NCBI GenBank assembly: GCA_964187785.1
Contig: OZ076409.1
Coordinates: 31,436,001 to 31,500,000 of the forward strand
Source of the DNA: Amphiscolops sp. MND2022
Lineage: Eukaryota
DNA: 64,000 bases
Reading direction: 5' to 3'
Each line of letters opens with the position of its first letter. The stretch's first letter is position 1. The notes below the pieces were generated by a model. That model did not search any database. It saw only the letters and a program-made list of their open reading frames with translations, and was not told where the DNA came from. The translations under genes and the position numbers were made by a program. Positions 1 to 12,014 of the stretch are shown in pieces.

Positions 1-146
1 TTTGTGTGTACTATCAATGTAGCGAAAAATCGCCTTGTTGAGACATGATGGATCTTTTTGCGGGAAGTCGCAAAAGCTTTGGAAAGTAGAAATTCAATTG
101 GCGAAAAATCGCTTACTGAAGTTCCAGTCAAAAATATTTTGGAAAG

Positions 147-382
147 GTGGAGTTGAACCCAGTATCTCTGGATCCGCGCTACTTATTTCTTCTGGATATG
201 GGTAGTGTGCTGTTCGTTTGGGTTGGCAACAGTACTCCGAAGACGCAGCTGAGCAAAGCCAAGCTGTTGGCCGGCAAAATAAACAAGAACGAGAGGAAGG
301 GCCAGGCTAGAGTATTTGTTGTCAGACAAGGTGCAGAACCTAGTCCCTTTTGGCGAGGATTGCTGGTGGAAAACCCCGAAAC
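147..382 (+). CDS. FLII: Flightless-I-like (gelsolin family) exon, gelsolin repeat 2
   Basis: AG acceptor at 145-146, GTTAGC donor at 383. Peptide SLDPRYLFLLD..FVWVG..KAKLLAGKINKNERKG..QGAEP..FW matches FLII SLDPRFVFLLD..KARLFAEKINKNERKG. Confidence 0.9.
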
Positions 383-503
383 GTTAGCGCTCAATTTTAT
401 CTGATGCTTTTTGGAACATTCAATAACCCCTATATCTGTCATGATATGGACATGATTTGTATATTCGCCTTTATTTGCAAAAAAGCATTCTCTGTTTTTA
501 TAG

Positions 504-616
504 GTTCTCTTGCAAACCCGAAGAGTGGTTGAATTTGTCTGCAATCAAGAAACCCAACATCTACAACGTCATCATTAAACAAGCGGACAAGGATAAATTT
601 TTCGAGCTGTCTTCAG
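504..616 (+). CDS. FLII: Flightless-I-like exon
   Basis: TAG acceptor and GTTAGA donor; phase fits the previous exon. KPNIYNVII..FFELS resembles FLII PKLYKVGLG..YLELP. Confidence 0.7.
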
Positions 617-664
617 GTTAGATGAAACTAATTTTTGTGTACAAAATCTACATGCCATTTTCAG

Positions 665-730
665 TTGTTGAAACGTCGAATTTGCTGAGCCAGACTTTTG
701 TTACAAAAAGCGCCGCTCAAGCGTCAGAGG
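665..730 (+). CDS. FLII: Probable small Flightless-I exon (insertion region)
   Basis: TTTTCAG acceptor after a 48-nt intron, GTCAGT donor, open frame, phase 1/1 fits neighbouring exons. No recognisable motif. Confidence 0.5.
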
Positions 731-1351
731 GTCAGTCACGAGCACAGCAATTATAAGCACGTGTTTTGGTAAAATCTTATTCACTGCTCAGGAGACTCAG
801 TGTCCTGTCTGATCTTAGACATAGGCATTTCGTAAACGTCTTCACTTCTTTTTCCTTCGCAGCTAGGATGAACTCTGCTCGACTTCCTTACTTTCGATTC
901 GATGTTTCATCAACATACGTTTTTCCGTGTCGGCATTGCCTTTTTCGCCGTTTATGTAGCAGGACAAAATCTTTATTCCCAATTCGTCCTTACGGGTTAC
1001 ATGTCCGAAGAATTTCATTTGTCTACTTTCAATAGTTTATATAAGCATACGAGTTTTTGTGTTTTGTTCAGTATAAGTTCACACACAAAGTTAGTTTTGT
1101 GGGCGGTGTACGAGATGCGTTCCATTCTTCGGCACATGGGTACATATTTACACCGAAATGGCAATTTTTTTTAAAATTAAATTCGGGAGCAGCCCAATTC
1201 AGCGCCCCGCTCAAGGTTCACAACAATCAAAATTAAGTATGCAAAGAGACACTATTGTGAGAATGTTATCGAATTTACAGTGCTGGACAATATCCGAAGG
1301 CACAGCATGCGAATAAGAACGCTTTTTCCCCATTGGAAACTTCAAAAACGG

Positions 1352-1760
1352 GATTTTTTAGAGGAGTCGAAAAAAATTTTCGACTACTTATGCAATCGTG
1401 TCGTTTTTTTCTCCCGAACTTTTCATGAAAATTTCACAAATTTCTCAAAAACTGTCCGTACGATTTTCATGAAATTTTGCACAGTCATTCTACACCCAAA
1501 GGGGCCCGTGCGTGCTCAAAGACATCAAAATCGTATGACCGGAATGTGAGAAACGTAGCCAAAATTAGCCCAAAAACAGCCATTTTTCGACTTTTTTCGA
1601 TTTTCTCAAAAACTGTCCATACGATTCAAACGAAATTTTTACAGTCATTCTACACCATATTAGAGTCATATATGTGCAATGGCATCAAAATCGTATGGCT
1701 GGGATGCGAGAAACATAGCCAAAATTAGCCCAAAAATGGTCAAAAAAGACAGCGATTTTT
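1352..1760 (+). repeat. Dispersed non-autonomous repeat family R1 (Helentron/HINE-like), 5' part
   Basis: Starts TTTTTTAGAGGAGTCGAAAAAAATTTTCGACT, followed by internal ~150-bp subrepeats shared with the other R1 copies. Confidence 0.7.
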
Positions 1761-2425
1761 GTACTTCAAATTTCGCCCAAATTTTCAAAGATACAGTCAA
1801 AATGGGTAAATTCTGCCCAAATTCGTGCCAATGAAACCATTTGGTCCTTTTGCCGCTGTTTCAGTGTTCCAGCATTCTCCGTTGAAAAATGACTAGACTT
1901 CAGATATTCAAAAAAAAACTTTTTCAACTCCAATTTTTTTCCAACTTCAAGACTCCCACCAAAGTTAAGAAACTTTCACACAACTAGGATTAGAAGTGGA
2001 TGCATGTGGAAAGTACTCGAATAGACGAGAAAAATGCGCTATAGTAGGTCTCTGTATCCTAACCTGACGTTGACTTATGATGTTTTGAATATGAGCTGGA
2101 TAAGGGGTTAAAATGCCAAAATTGAAAATGGAAATGTAAGTCTCATCCAAAACTCATCGTAAGACGTTAAATTAACCCCAAAGCTGTTCAATTGACGTTG
2201 TTTAGCGCACCAAAACTATGCAAAGTTTTTTTCACCCATTTTGAAAAGTATTGAAAGCTGTATTGATTATCAGTCAACAAGAAATACCCAAGTACATTCT
2301 CATCACCACCCTCGGGGGAGATGAGAATGTACTCTTCAAAAGCCAAAAGATACTACTTTCTCAAACTCCCCGACACGCAGGAAAACATGAAATTGTTTCC
2401 AGTACCTCCATGATGTACCTTCTGA

Positions 2426-2903
2426 TACGATTCGAACGAAAATTTCTACAGTCATTCTACGCCATATTAGAGTCCTATATGTGCTATGGCATCAAAATCG
2501 TATGGCTGGGATGTCAAAAACACAGCCAAAATTAGCCCAAAAATGGTCAAAAAAGGGCCATTTTTCAATTTTTTTTCGATTTTCGCAAAAACTTTATACG
2601 ATTCGAACGAAATTTTCTACAGTCCTCTTACACTATATCATGGTCCTTTGTGTGTAATTTCATCAAATTCGTATTGATGGGATGTGAGAAATCTAGCCAA
2701 AATTAACCCAAAAATGGCCCAAAAACAGCCATTTTTCGACTTTTTTGATTTTGGAGAAAACTGTCCATACGATTCGAACGAGATTTTCTACACCATAGTA
2801 TCGTCTACGTGTGCAATTTCAATAAATTCGTATAACTGGGATTGGAGCCAGTCAGAAGGAAAAAGACCTAAGCCAACTCCTTTACCGCATATGCGGCTCT
2901 GGT
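2426..2903 (+). repeat. R1 repeat, 3' part
   Basis: Ends ..ACTCCTTTACCGCATATGCGGCTCTGGTT (hairpin CCGCATATGCGG). Confidence 0.75.
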
Positions 2904-4854
2904 TTCGAAACCTAATGATTTGAAATCTTGTTTGTTCGGGAAAAAGTTTCCTAGTGCCGGAGAAGGAACTTTTAGCTCGCTAAAAGGGACCAAAAATGAT
3001 CAAAGAGGTCAGTCACCATGAGGGCTCAAAAAAACGTTTTTCTCACAAAAAAACCTCAAAATACAAGAGTGTCGAATTTTTTGGAATTTTTTCCAGAAAT
3101 TTTTATTTCTGCGGTAAATCGCATTCTGCCGAAAAATCTAAGGTGGCCCTCTATGCTCGCAAAACGCTTTATTTCTGCTAAATCGTAGGCGGCACTTCTG
3201 TTAGAAACACTTTGGGAAAAGGTTGCCTAGTGCAGAAAAACCTAAGCGGGGCCTTCTGGTCTACCCTCTACTTTTTATTAATTCTGCGGTAGCAGGAATC
3301 TCATTGAAATCTCAAGATGTCTTTTTCAGTAAAATTTTTGTAGTGAAACTTAAAAATTCAGATATTTTGTTCGGCAGTGAATATAAGCGTGAGAATCAAA
3401 TTTCGCAAGCTGCCGATATTTCAATTCTCGTGCGATGGAACGAGCGATTGGTAATTATGCATTCGTATGCTGACGTCATTGAAATGAAGCGAATGAGTGT
3501 TAATTATTCGTTCGTCGACAGCTTCTCCTGCATTCAAATGCGAATGCGAATCTTCGTCTACGCTTAGTAGTTATATTTGCTTTAGTCCGAGGTTTAAAGG
3601 CAATATAAACTGGTACAGTGATTAATTGTGCGCTAAATAATGATTAAACAGGAGTTATTCCACTTTTATTTTTTCTGTTGTAACAATAGCCTAATTGTTA
3701 TGACAAACTTTTTGAATAGCTTTTGCTGGTGGGAAAGCATCTATTCAATAGGTCAACTTCAGGTCTTGTTTAGTGGTTAGTGAGCGATACGACCTGTGTA
3801 GCCCTTTTCGGGATTTTAGCATTGGCTCGTCGGCATCCTTCGTACAGCTATATCACAAAACGAGTCATCAATTTTTACAGTACCGACAGAGCAACTGACA
3901 GCTATCATCTTGGAGTGAACACTTGGAAGACAATGTCAAACAATAAAAAGCGCAATTGGTCAGAAACAATGATTTCAAAACAAATTGCCAAACCGGAATC
4001 CGATGTGCGTCATTTCAGCATCAAAGTCAATGAACTGGAAAGATACCACTCGAAAGACCGTCTCGTTTTCCGAAATATGTCAATTGCTTCGAATGGCTCG
4101 ATCCTTGAAGATACACCGGCCTTCATTCGTTATATCTTGTTTGTGGACATCCCAGTGTTTGATTTCAAAGCTTGCCAGGCTTCAGGCCGTCATTTTCATT
4201 TTGCAGAATTTCTTTATTTCGATCAAAAGAACAGAATTTGGTCACACAAGCGATTTCTCATGAACTTTGTCAACCCTGATTACAGTCCAATTTATATTCA
4301 CGTGTGACTTGGAAATCAGACAGGAACCCGGAAGAACTAGTCGAAACGGATGGGACGTATTTTACGACGAGCAATTCAGCGCCAGTTCTACTTATCCAAC
4401 AAGATAATTGAACAGTGTCAGGCCCAACGTAATTAACTCCGAGGAAGATGTGATTGAGCTCCAGCATAAAGCAACAAAGAACAACGGGCGAGACCCATTT
4501 TCAGTTCGACGAACGAAAGAGGGGACGACGTGAACCCAAGAAAACATCAATCTTGTGTCCATGCACACCGCTTACAACGAGTATCCCAGCATTGAAACGT
4601 GGACGCAATTAATTCTGGCTGCCTTCCTTAGTTTGAGAATTTATTTTTTAGTTGACTGAAAGCTCGAAAAGACAACGACAATGATTTACTCGAGTATGTG
4701 AATGGCCTTCTCAGTGGAACGCCAACTGCCAAACAACAGTCGCTACAATTGGACGAAAAGTTGTTTCGTGTCGAAACGAAAAAACAATGGAAACCGTTGA
4801 AAGTTTGTGAAAATATACCAAATGGTGAGCCAATGTGGAAAATCATCTATCTTG

Positions 4855-5590
4855 AATGTAAATATTTGATCCTTTGGTTGAACACTTCAACGAGCTAGAA
4901 ACTAAACTACATTTATGAAAATTACTAATTTTTGGGAGTCGGAAAAAATTTTCGACTACTTATGCAATCGTGTTTTTTTTTCTCCCGACCTTTTCATGAA
5001 AATTTCGAATTTCTCAAAATTTGTCCATACGATTTTCACGAAATTTTGCACAGTCAATCTACCCCCAAAAGGGCCCTGCGTGCACAAAGGCATCAAAATA
5101 GTTTGACTGGAATGTGAGAAACATCGCCAAAATTAGCCCAAAAATGGCCAAAATTAGCCCAAAAACAGCAATTTTTCGACTTTTTTCGATTTTCTCAAAA
5201 ACTGTCCATACGATTCGAACGAAATTTTCTACAGTCATTCTACACCATATTAGAGTCCTATATGTGCAATGGCATCGAAATTGTATTGCTAGGATGTGAG
5301 AAACATAGCCTAAATTAACCCAAAAATGGCCAAAAATGTTACTTTTCGACTTTTTTGATTTTTGCTGAAACTGTTCATTCGATTCGACCGAAATTTTCTA
5401 CAGTCATTTTCTACACCATAGTATGGTCCTATATGTGCAATTCCAATAAATTGGTATGACTGGGATTGGAGCGAGTCAGAAGGAAAAAGACCTAAGCCGA
5501 CTTCTTTACCGCATATGCGGCTCTGGTTAAACCTGTAGTTTAGCTTCTAACTCGTTGAAGTGTTCAACCAAAAGATCTGTTATTTACATT
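4855..5590. mobile_element. Fold-back MITE: ~60-bp inverted repeats enclosing an R1 copy
   Basis: 4855-4914 AATGTAAATA..TTGGTTGAACACTTCAACGAGCTAGAAACTAAACTACA is the reverse complement of 5529-5590. Confidence 0.7.
4930..5528 (+). repeat. R1 repeat, near-complete copy
   Basis: 5' GGAGTCGG and 3' CCGACTTC subterminal inverted repeat, followed by the CCGCATATGCGG hairpin and CTCTGGTT. Confidence 0.8.
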
Positions 5591-6864
5591 AGCAATCTTA
5601 CTCTAATTCACCGAGACCTTTATGAAGGACAAAGGCAGCAGAATCATTCGAGTTACCTCTGGCTATCACAAGCTGATTACTTGCAACAGAAATGATTGTC
5701 AACAAGGGGGGTCGCTTCATGGATAAGTTACAGAATAGCCCGTGTGCTTCGGAAAGACACTTCCAGGGAGTGATTATTAGTAGAAATCCTTTGTCCCTTC
5801 AAAGATTCCGTTGGAGTTGCGTATAGGCGCGAAAATAAAACCTACTGCCAGTGGCTAGATGGAAAATTACAAAAGCTGGGTAGTACCGCAGCCTGTGTTC
5901 TCGTATGTCGAGATTTTAATATTGATATCTTGAAGTCGAATTGTTGTTCTAGGGAACGCGAAGACACTATGAAAAGTAGTAATAGTTTTTTTGTAAGCCC
6001 GAGAGACGTTTCACGCAGACTCAAAAATGCAGATTCCTGCTTGGATCATATCTTCTCAGACTTACCGGTGGCTGACACCACAGCTTTCGAAAGCTCAATA
6101 ACTGATTACATTGCATGGACCGAATTCGAAAGACGCTTACAAACAATCGCAGATAAATTTGTTTAATCGTAGAATTAACAGCATTGTTCCTGACTTATAG
6201 GCGTTCAGACATGACTACCACTCAGACGCACTAAGACCAGTGGTTGTGAATCATCACACGTAGCGTTGCGCCTGTGTCCACACCAATGTGATATAGAAAC
6301 TTTAGGCCTCTATTGAGACCCCAAATTCAATCAAGTTTTCATATTGGATTAAATTATACAACTGAAAATTAGTGATTGGAGTAAAATATCATAGACCATT
6401 GTTCTGCCAGTTTGAGTGAATTGATTTTGGAATTAACTGATATCAATGCACCTTATAAGAGTTTTGGTTGGTAAGAAGAACAACTGGATAGACAACACGG
6501 TGAAGCGTTCCATTAACAAACGTGATAAAATGCATAAGAAGATGTGTGAAAACTTTAATGATCCAGAAAGAAGGGATACATTCACCATTCAACGGAATAC
6601 GACGAAATGATTAGAAATCTGAAACGTCAGAACATACAATCAAAGGTGGACCAGAGCATAGGAGATTCTGATTTCATAGGAATCTTAATGAAAGTCTTGG
6701 CAAAGTTAAAGAACCCATACTCCCAACGTTTCAATTTTCGCTCTAGTTGGTATCAAGAATTGCGAGGGTATCACTCCTACCAGTGCAACTTTCAATTCGA
6801 AAGACCAAGAAATGTCTCTATTCATGGAACCTACCAATGAAAAGTTTTGTGTATACTTGAAAAC

Positions 6865-7401
6865 CAACAAGCCGAGAACGGTCAAAGTCGGCGCTATATC
6901 TGAGGCTCAAAATTGTGAAAGGGGGGACGCTTCGGGCTTTGTGAAATTTCAGCTGGTTGCAAAATATGAAAAAAATTGGAGGGGGACCCTTTGGTGACTT
7001 AAAAAAAATTCCCAAAAAATTTTTGAAAAAAGTGATTTTTGAAGTGCCAGTGCCGAAAAATGTAAAAGGAGGACCCTTTGGGATTTTTCGACATCCATTG
7101 TGTTGCAAAATATCGAAACAAATGAAGGGGAGACCCTTTGGTGCAATCCAAAAATTTTCAAAAAAAGTCGCATAGTGCCGGAAAAAAGTGGGGCTAAGGT
7201 GGGATCCTTAGTGTGTTTTCGAGTTTCTGTACGTGTTTTGTTTTTTCTTTTCGTTTTAGACGCGCTTCTGAGGTTCGTGTGTTTTGAACCTCCATAGTTC
7301 AAGTTGTTGAACAAATGAACAAAAAAGTGGACCTTACGCGTCTAAAAACTATCCACTGTAAGAGTCGGGCACATTTTCTACTAAAATGCGTCGACTGAAA
7401 A
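6865..7401 (-). repeat. Dispersed repeat family R2 (HINE-like); related pieces at ~9035-9520, ~29600-29895, ~34400-34680, ~35030-35124
   Basis: Read on the - strand it starts TTTCAGTCG(A/G)CGC and ends GCGCCGACTTTGACCGTTCTCGGCTTGTT (subterminal IR plus hairpin). Internal GGACCCTTT subrepeats. Confidence 0.65.
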
Positions 7402-9519
7402 CACAACATCGACGGGGATCGATGATATCAGCAGTGAGTTAAGGAAGTTTCGCATTCCTGCGATTTTATCTGTAGTATCTACATTGTTCAACCGCTACAT
7501 GTGCCAGGCGTCTTCTCCAGATCGAATGAAAATTGCAAAAATCACGGAAGAAACGGAAACGGGAAAAGTTCGAGAACTACAGACAATCTCACTGCTGTCG
7601 TCTTTCTTCGGTTATCGAAAGAGTGATATGAACCAGGTTGATCAACTACGTAGATGAGTTTAACCTAATGTTTCATGTTTCGCTCTCGGTATGGATTCAG
7701 GAAGAAAATGAGAACTATTGACGCTCTGTCTAATGTAATTGAGCAGATCAGGTGAGCAAGTATCAATGAGACCACGCTCTGCGCTCAGACCTCAAGAACG
7801 CTTTTGACACCGTCGGTTTGGGAAAGCTTTATTATCTTGGAACTGCTCAAATCATATCTCACAAACAGGTGGCAATGTGTCTACATCAAAGGGTCATCTT
7901 CTCTGTTGGAACAAATGAATTGTGTGCCACAAGGAAATGTTTTTCTGCTTTTGATCATCTATTTCATTGATCTAGCCTCTGTAGTAGAGTCGAATCTCAC
8001 GTTGTTCGCTGACGACACTAAGATCTTCGAACGAACGAGTAGCTGAAAACGATAACAATGGAGTCTTGAAAACACTGGATATCATTGACAAAGGGATGAA
8101 ATTAATCAAAATCATCTGGTGAAGTCAGAAGCTGTCATGTTTGGTACATTTAAATCCTCCAATTTATCATTCTGTGATTTGAAATTGAATGTGAACAATT
8201 CAATTGAATACCTGGGCGTGATAAGTGACGGAAATCTTTCCATCAGGCATCTTGTTTGAGATTTTTTATGCATAATAAAATTATAAATCGAGTTCTTGAT
8301 GCTTCCAGCTAGAGAATGTTTTTCGCTGTCCCCTATCGACGAAAAATATGTTTCCAGAATTTGAGCACAGTTAAACACCTCTTCATCTGTGATTTGAATC
8401 GAACCATCGTCTGACTCAGAATTTTTGTCGCGAATTTCATAGCGATTCTCATCTAGGTTCATCGGTTCGGAAGTCAGAATTTCATCTTCGGGAAAAACCT
8501 CAGGATCAAGATAAAGGTTGCTGAATTCTTCAATAGACTCATCGTGCTTCGAAAATCCTGTTTACGAAAGCAGTTTTTTACACACTCTTCTTTTGCTTTA
8601 TCTTGCCATGCCTTTTCAGTCGGCGCTTTTGAAGAAAATTGCCCGACTCTTACAGTTGGTAGTTTTTTAGACACGGAAGGTCCTTTTTTAGGAGTCGGAA
8701 AAAATTTCGACTAATTATGCAATCGTGTCTATCCCAACCATTTCATGAAAATTTCAAATTTCTCAAAAACTGTTCATACGATTTTTATTATTTCTGCTTT
8801 AGCTTTATAATTTTTATTATTCGTCGCTAGTCATCGCAGTTTTCATCCAGATTTTCTTTTAACTCAAAAACTTCTGGTTTCAAATTCATCGGGCGTTAGA
8901 ATTTCATCATCGGGAAAAACCTCAGGATCAAGATAAAGGTTGCTGAATTCTTCAATAGACTCATCGAGCTTCAAAAATCCTGTTTACGAAAGCAGTTTTC
9001 ACAAACTCTTCTATTGCTTTATCTTGCCATGCCTTATTAGTCGGCGTTTTGAATAAAAGTAACCGATTCTTACAATGGGTAGTTTTTTAAAGACGTACAT
9101 AAGGTCCTTTTTTGTTCGTCTGTGCAACAACTTGAACTACGGATGTTCAAAACACTCGAAACCTCAGAACCTCGTCCAAAACGTAAAGGAACAAAACCGA
9201 CGCCCAGAACCTCGGAAACGTACTAAGGATCCCCCCAACATCTTGGAGTTTTTCACTATGATTTTTTTGGCACCATGACTTTTTTGAACTTTTTTTGGGT
9301 TGCACCAAAGGGTCCCCCTTCATTTGTTTCAATGTTTTGCAACAGAATGGATGTTAAAGAGCCCCAAAAGGTCCCTCCTCTTTCGTTTTTTTTGGCACTG
9401 TGACACTTCAAAAATCTATTTTTTTTCGAAACTTTTTTAAAGTCTCCAGAAAGTCCACCTCCAATTTTTTTCCTATTTTGCAGCAAACTGGAGTTTCAAC
9501 AAGCCCGAAAGGTCCCCTT

Positions 9520-10301
9520 CTTATTATTTCTGCGATAGCAGGAATATTATTTAAATCTCAAGATGTCTACTTTTTTTCAGTGGAATTCTTCGCACGATTA
9601 CTGAATAATTCAGTTATTTTTTTTCGGCAGTGACTGTAAGCGTGAAAATTAAGTTTCTCAAGCTGTCGACGACGTTTGAGTTCTCGTGCGATGGAACAAG
9701 CGAGTGGTACTTATGCATTCGTACGATGACGTCATTGAGATGAAGCGAGCGATTGTTCGTAATTATGCTTCAGTTCTTCGTTCGTTGAGAGCTTCGCCTG
9801 CATTCAAATGCGATTGCGAAACTTCGTCTAAGCTCAGTAGTTTTCTTTAGTCCGAGAATAATTGAAGGCGGTGTAAACTTGGATTACGTACCAAATAACA
9901 TACGAGCAAATAACATAAACAAAATAAGTTTCAAATAACATAAAATTGAAATTAGTTCCAAATAACATAAAAATAATACCGAATACCTGGTTAAACAATC
10001 GATCTCAAAATTTTCTTTGTAGTTTTCCTACTTTTTCCAGTGAATCTTTTGAAAATTTTGACCAGTAAAATTTTCTCGTAAACAAGTTTATTTTTAGTGA
10101 AATTTTTCAATTTTTAGTTTAGTGAAACTTTTCATTTTTTTGTTATTTGAAACTAATTTTGTTTTTGTTATTTGGGAATTCACCGTAAACTTGTACAGTG
10201 CTTAATTGTGCACTGAATAATGATTAAACAGGAGTGTATTGGTATTCCAGATATGAGTCTATTATTGATGAAAAATTAAAGCAGAAATAGTAGTGTGCCC
10301 C
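9520..10301 (+). repeat. Dispersed repeat family R3 (other copies ~3275-3660, ~33045-33930, ~35160-35640), with a nested MITE-like insert at ~9885-10186
   Basis: TATTTCTGC(T/G)(T/A)TAGC..TAAAGCAGAAATAGTAGT inverted ends; shared core GCTTCGCCTGCATTCAAATGCGA..TGATTAAACAGGAG. Confidence 0.7.
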
Positions 10302-10376
10302 AGTAGTTTGATTTCATATGGGACCGTGCTAAACACGGGGGGGGGGGGGTGGGGTTGAAATTTTACAAAACTTTTG

Positions 10377-10465
10377 CCAAGTCCCGGATTCGAACCCATG
10401 CGTTCGGCTTGACCGGGGACGGTTTTCGATGGAAATGAGAGGATTAATCCACTATGCCACCAGGC
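10377..10465 (-). ncRNA. tRNA-like Pol III unit within the Polinton A terminus
   Basis: A box TGGCATAGTGG, B box GGTTCGAATCC, downstream TTTT. Not a canonical cloverleaf. Confidence 0.55.
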
Positions 10466-11264
10466 ATCTGTAACTGTCTATTTTCAATCCTTTATATTAT
10501 TCGAATATTAGTTAACTTTCGTCACTGGTATCTGATTCAACTCGATAAACAATCGGTCAAAATTCAGTTTCTATTCCGTGTCACATTTTTAGCCTAACTA
10601 TTATAAATACTATGAAAAATTTGGAAGAATTCGAAAGCTTTGGCTCGTGATTTTAATCATTTAATTTCCAGGTTACAAATCAATTGGAAGAATTCCAAAG
10701 CTATCGCTGGTGATTTTAATCATTTATTGTCCAGGTTACAAACCAAAAGAAATTGCTCACAAATTGATGTGCATTGTTGACTGACTGCAACAATGGCAAA
10801 TAGAAATACATTCTTTTGTCTTAAACAGTAAATATTCGGCTCAAAATTGTAAAATATTCAGGTTCCTTTTGTTTGATTTCACTGAGCTTCAAGTCTCGTC
10901 CCTATTGAAAAACATCATGCGCATTTCTCTGGTTCTTCCCGCTGACTTTCAAGTATTGTTGAGTGAATAATGAAAAATATCTAGCTTTGTCTGGAGCTGC
11001 AAATGATCTAAATAGATCTGAACAATAAGTCATTTTTGCAACCTTCTGTTCTGCTTCAACTGAGCTGTTCTTGCCAGCCGCTATCACTATATAGAAATAC
11101 CTCCTGGAAAATTTGCTAGACTGGGTTCTTTTTCAGTTTGAATTTGCAATATTCTTCATTCACGTCCATGTGGATAACATTAATTTGCAAATGTTGTTTG
11201 TTTGTCATGAGCTGTATAGTTTCAATTTTCCCAGTTTCAATGTAACCAAAAAAATCAATACTGG

Positions 11265-11557
11265 TTTTTGCACATGACGAAGTCAATGTGCATTGCAGTC
11301 CAGCTAAGAAAGTTTTTTTTCCACATTAGCCAACTTCATAAGAAGCGCCTTTTAGAGAAAAGCCAAAACCCCAGAGAGATTCGAACCTGCAGCCTCCCGA
11401 TTGCGCGGCATAAGTGTTAACCACTGTGCCATAAGGACGTTATTGAATAAAGTTGAACTGTTCAATATATACGCATGCGATTAAAATAATATATATACGC
11501 ATATTAAAATAATCGTTGTCTTCGTCATGTGTTGCGAAGCACCGCTTCGCCTCTGTG
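11265..11557 (-). repeat. tRNA-derived (SINE-like) dispersed repeat; second copy at ~33093-33393
   Basis: A box TGGCACAGTGG and B box GGTTCGAATC at ~11370-11438; closely similar sequence at 33093-33393. Confidence 0.7.
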
Positions 11558-12014
11558 TTCATTTTGGGTTGCATCTAATTTTAATAGAAACTCAACAAAA
11601 AGCGAACTTCTCATATAACCCACTGCCTCGAAAAGGGTTTTTCAATTCGATCAAAATTAACTCATGACGAACAACCAGCAATTTCTAGAGAGTTTTTCTC
11701 AACCAACAAATCTCAAGCTTCACGATCAGTTTTTGTTTGGAGTCTTCACTGATGTTAGTCATTCTCTTGTTGAATATTCAATTTATCCTGTGAAGTTTTT
11801 TCCGCCTTTGCCACACTGGAAATTTCATTTTTTGTGCATACTTCAAGGACGTTTTCAGCGGTACGACGATGATCTCAATGGAATCCAAAGTTGGTCAGCC
11901 TGTTTTTATTCAAAATTACAGTCTTAACGAAACTGTAACAGACCGAAACATAGCTTGAAACTAGTCCAATTTTAGCGAAAAATTTCTTCAAAATGCCCCA
12001 AAATAAAGTACATA

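Larger units (their letters stand above)
3780..8290 (+). mobile_element. Degenerate CR1/L2-like LINE (ORF1 remnant, endonuclease and RT remnants) interrupted by repeats
   Basis: RT motifs LLKSYLTNRWQCV..VPQG..LFADDTKI at 7804-8046, CLDHIF endonuclease motif near 6040, ORF1-like LERY.SKD.LVFRN..KAC..FLYFDQKNRIW at 3950-4300. Many stops. Confidence 0.75.

Noticed and set aside
1280..2923. Many 60-95-aa ORFs here and in other R1, R2 and R3 copies
   Set aside because: They are chance frames within dispersed non-coding repeats.
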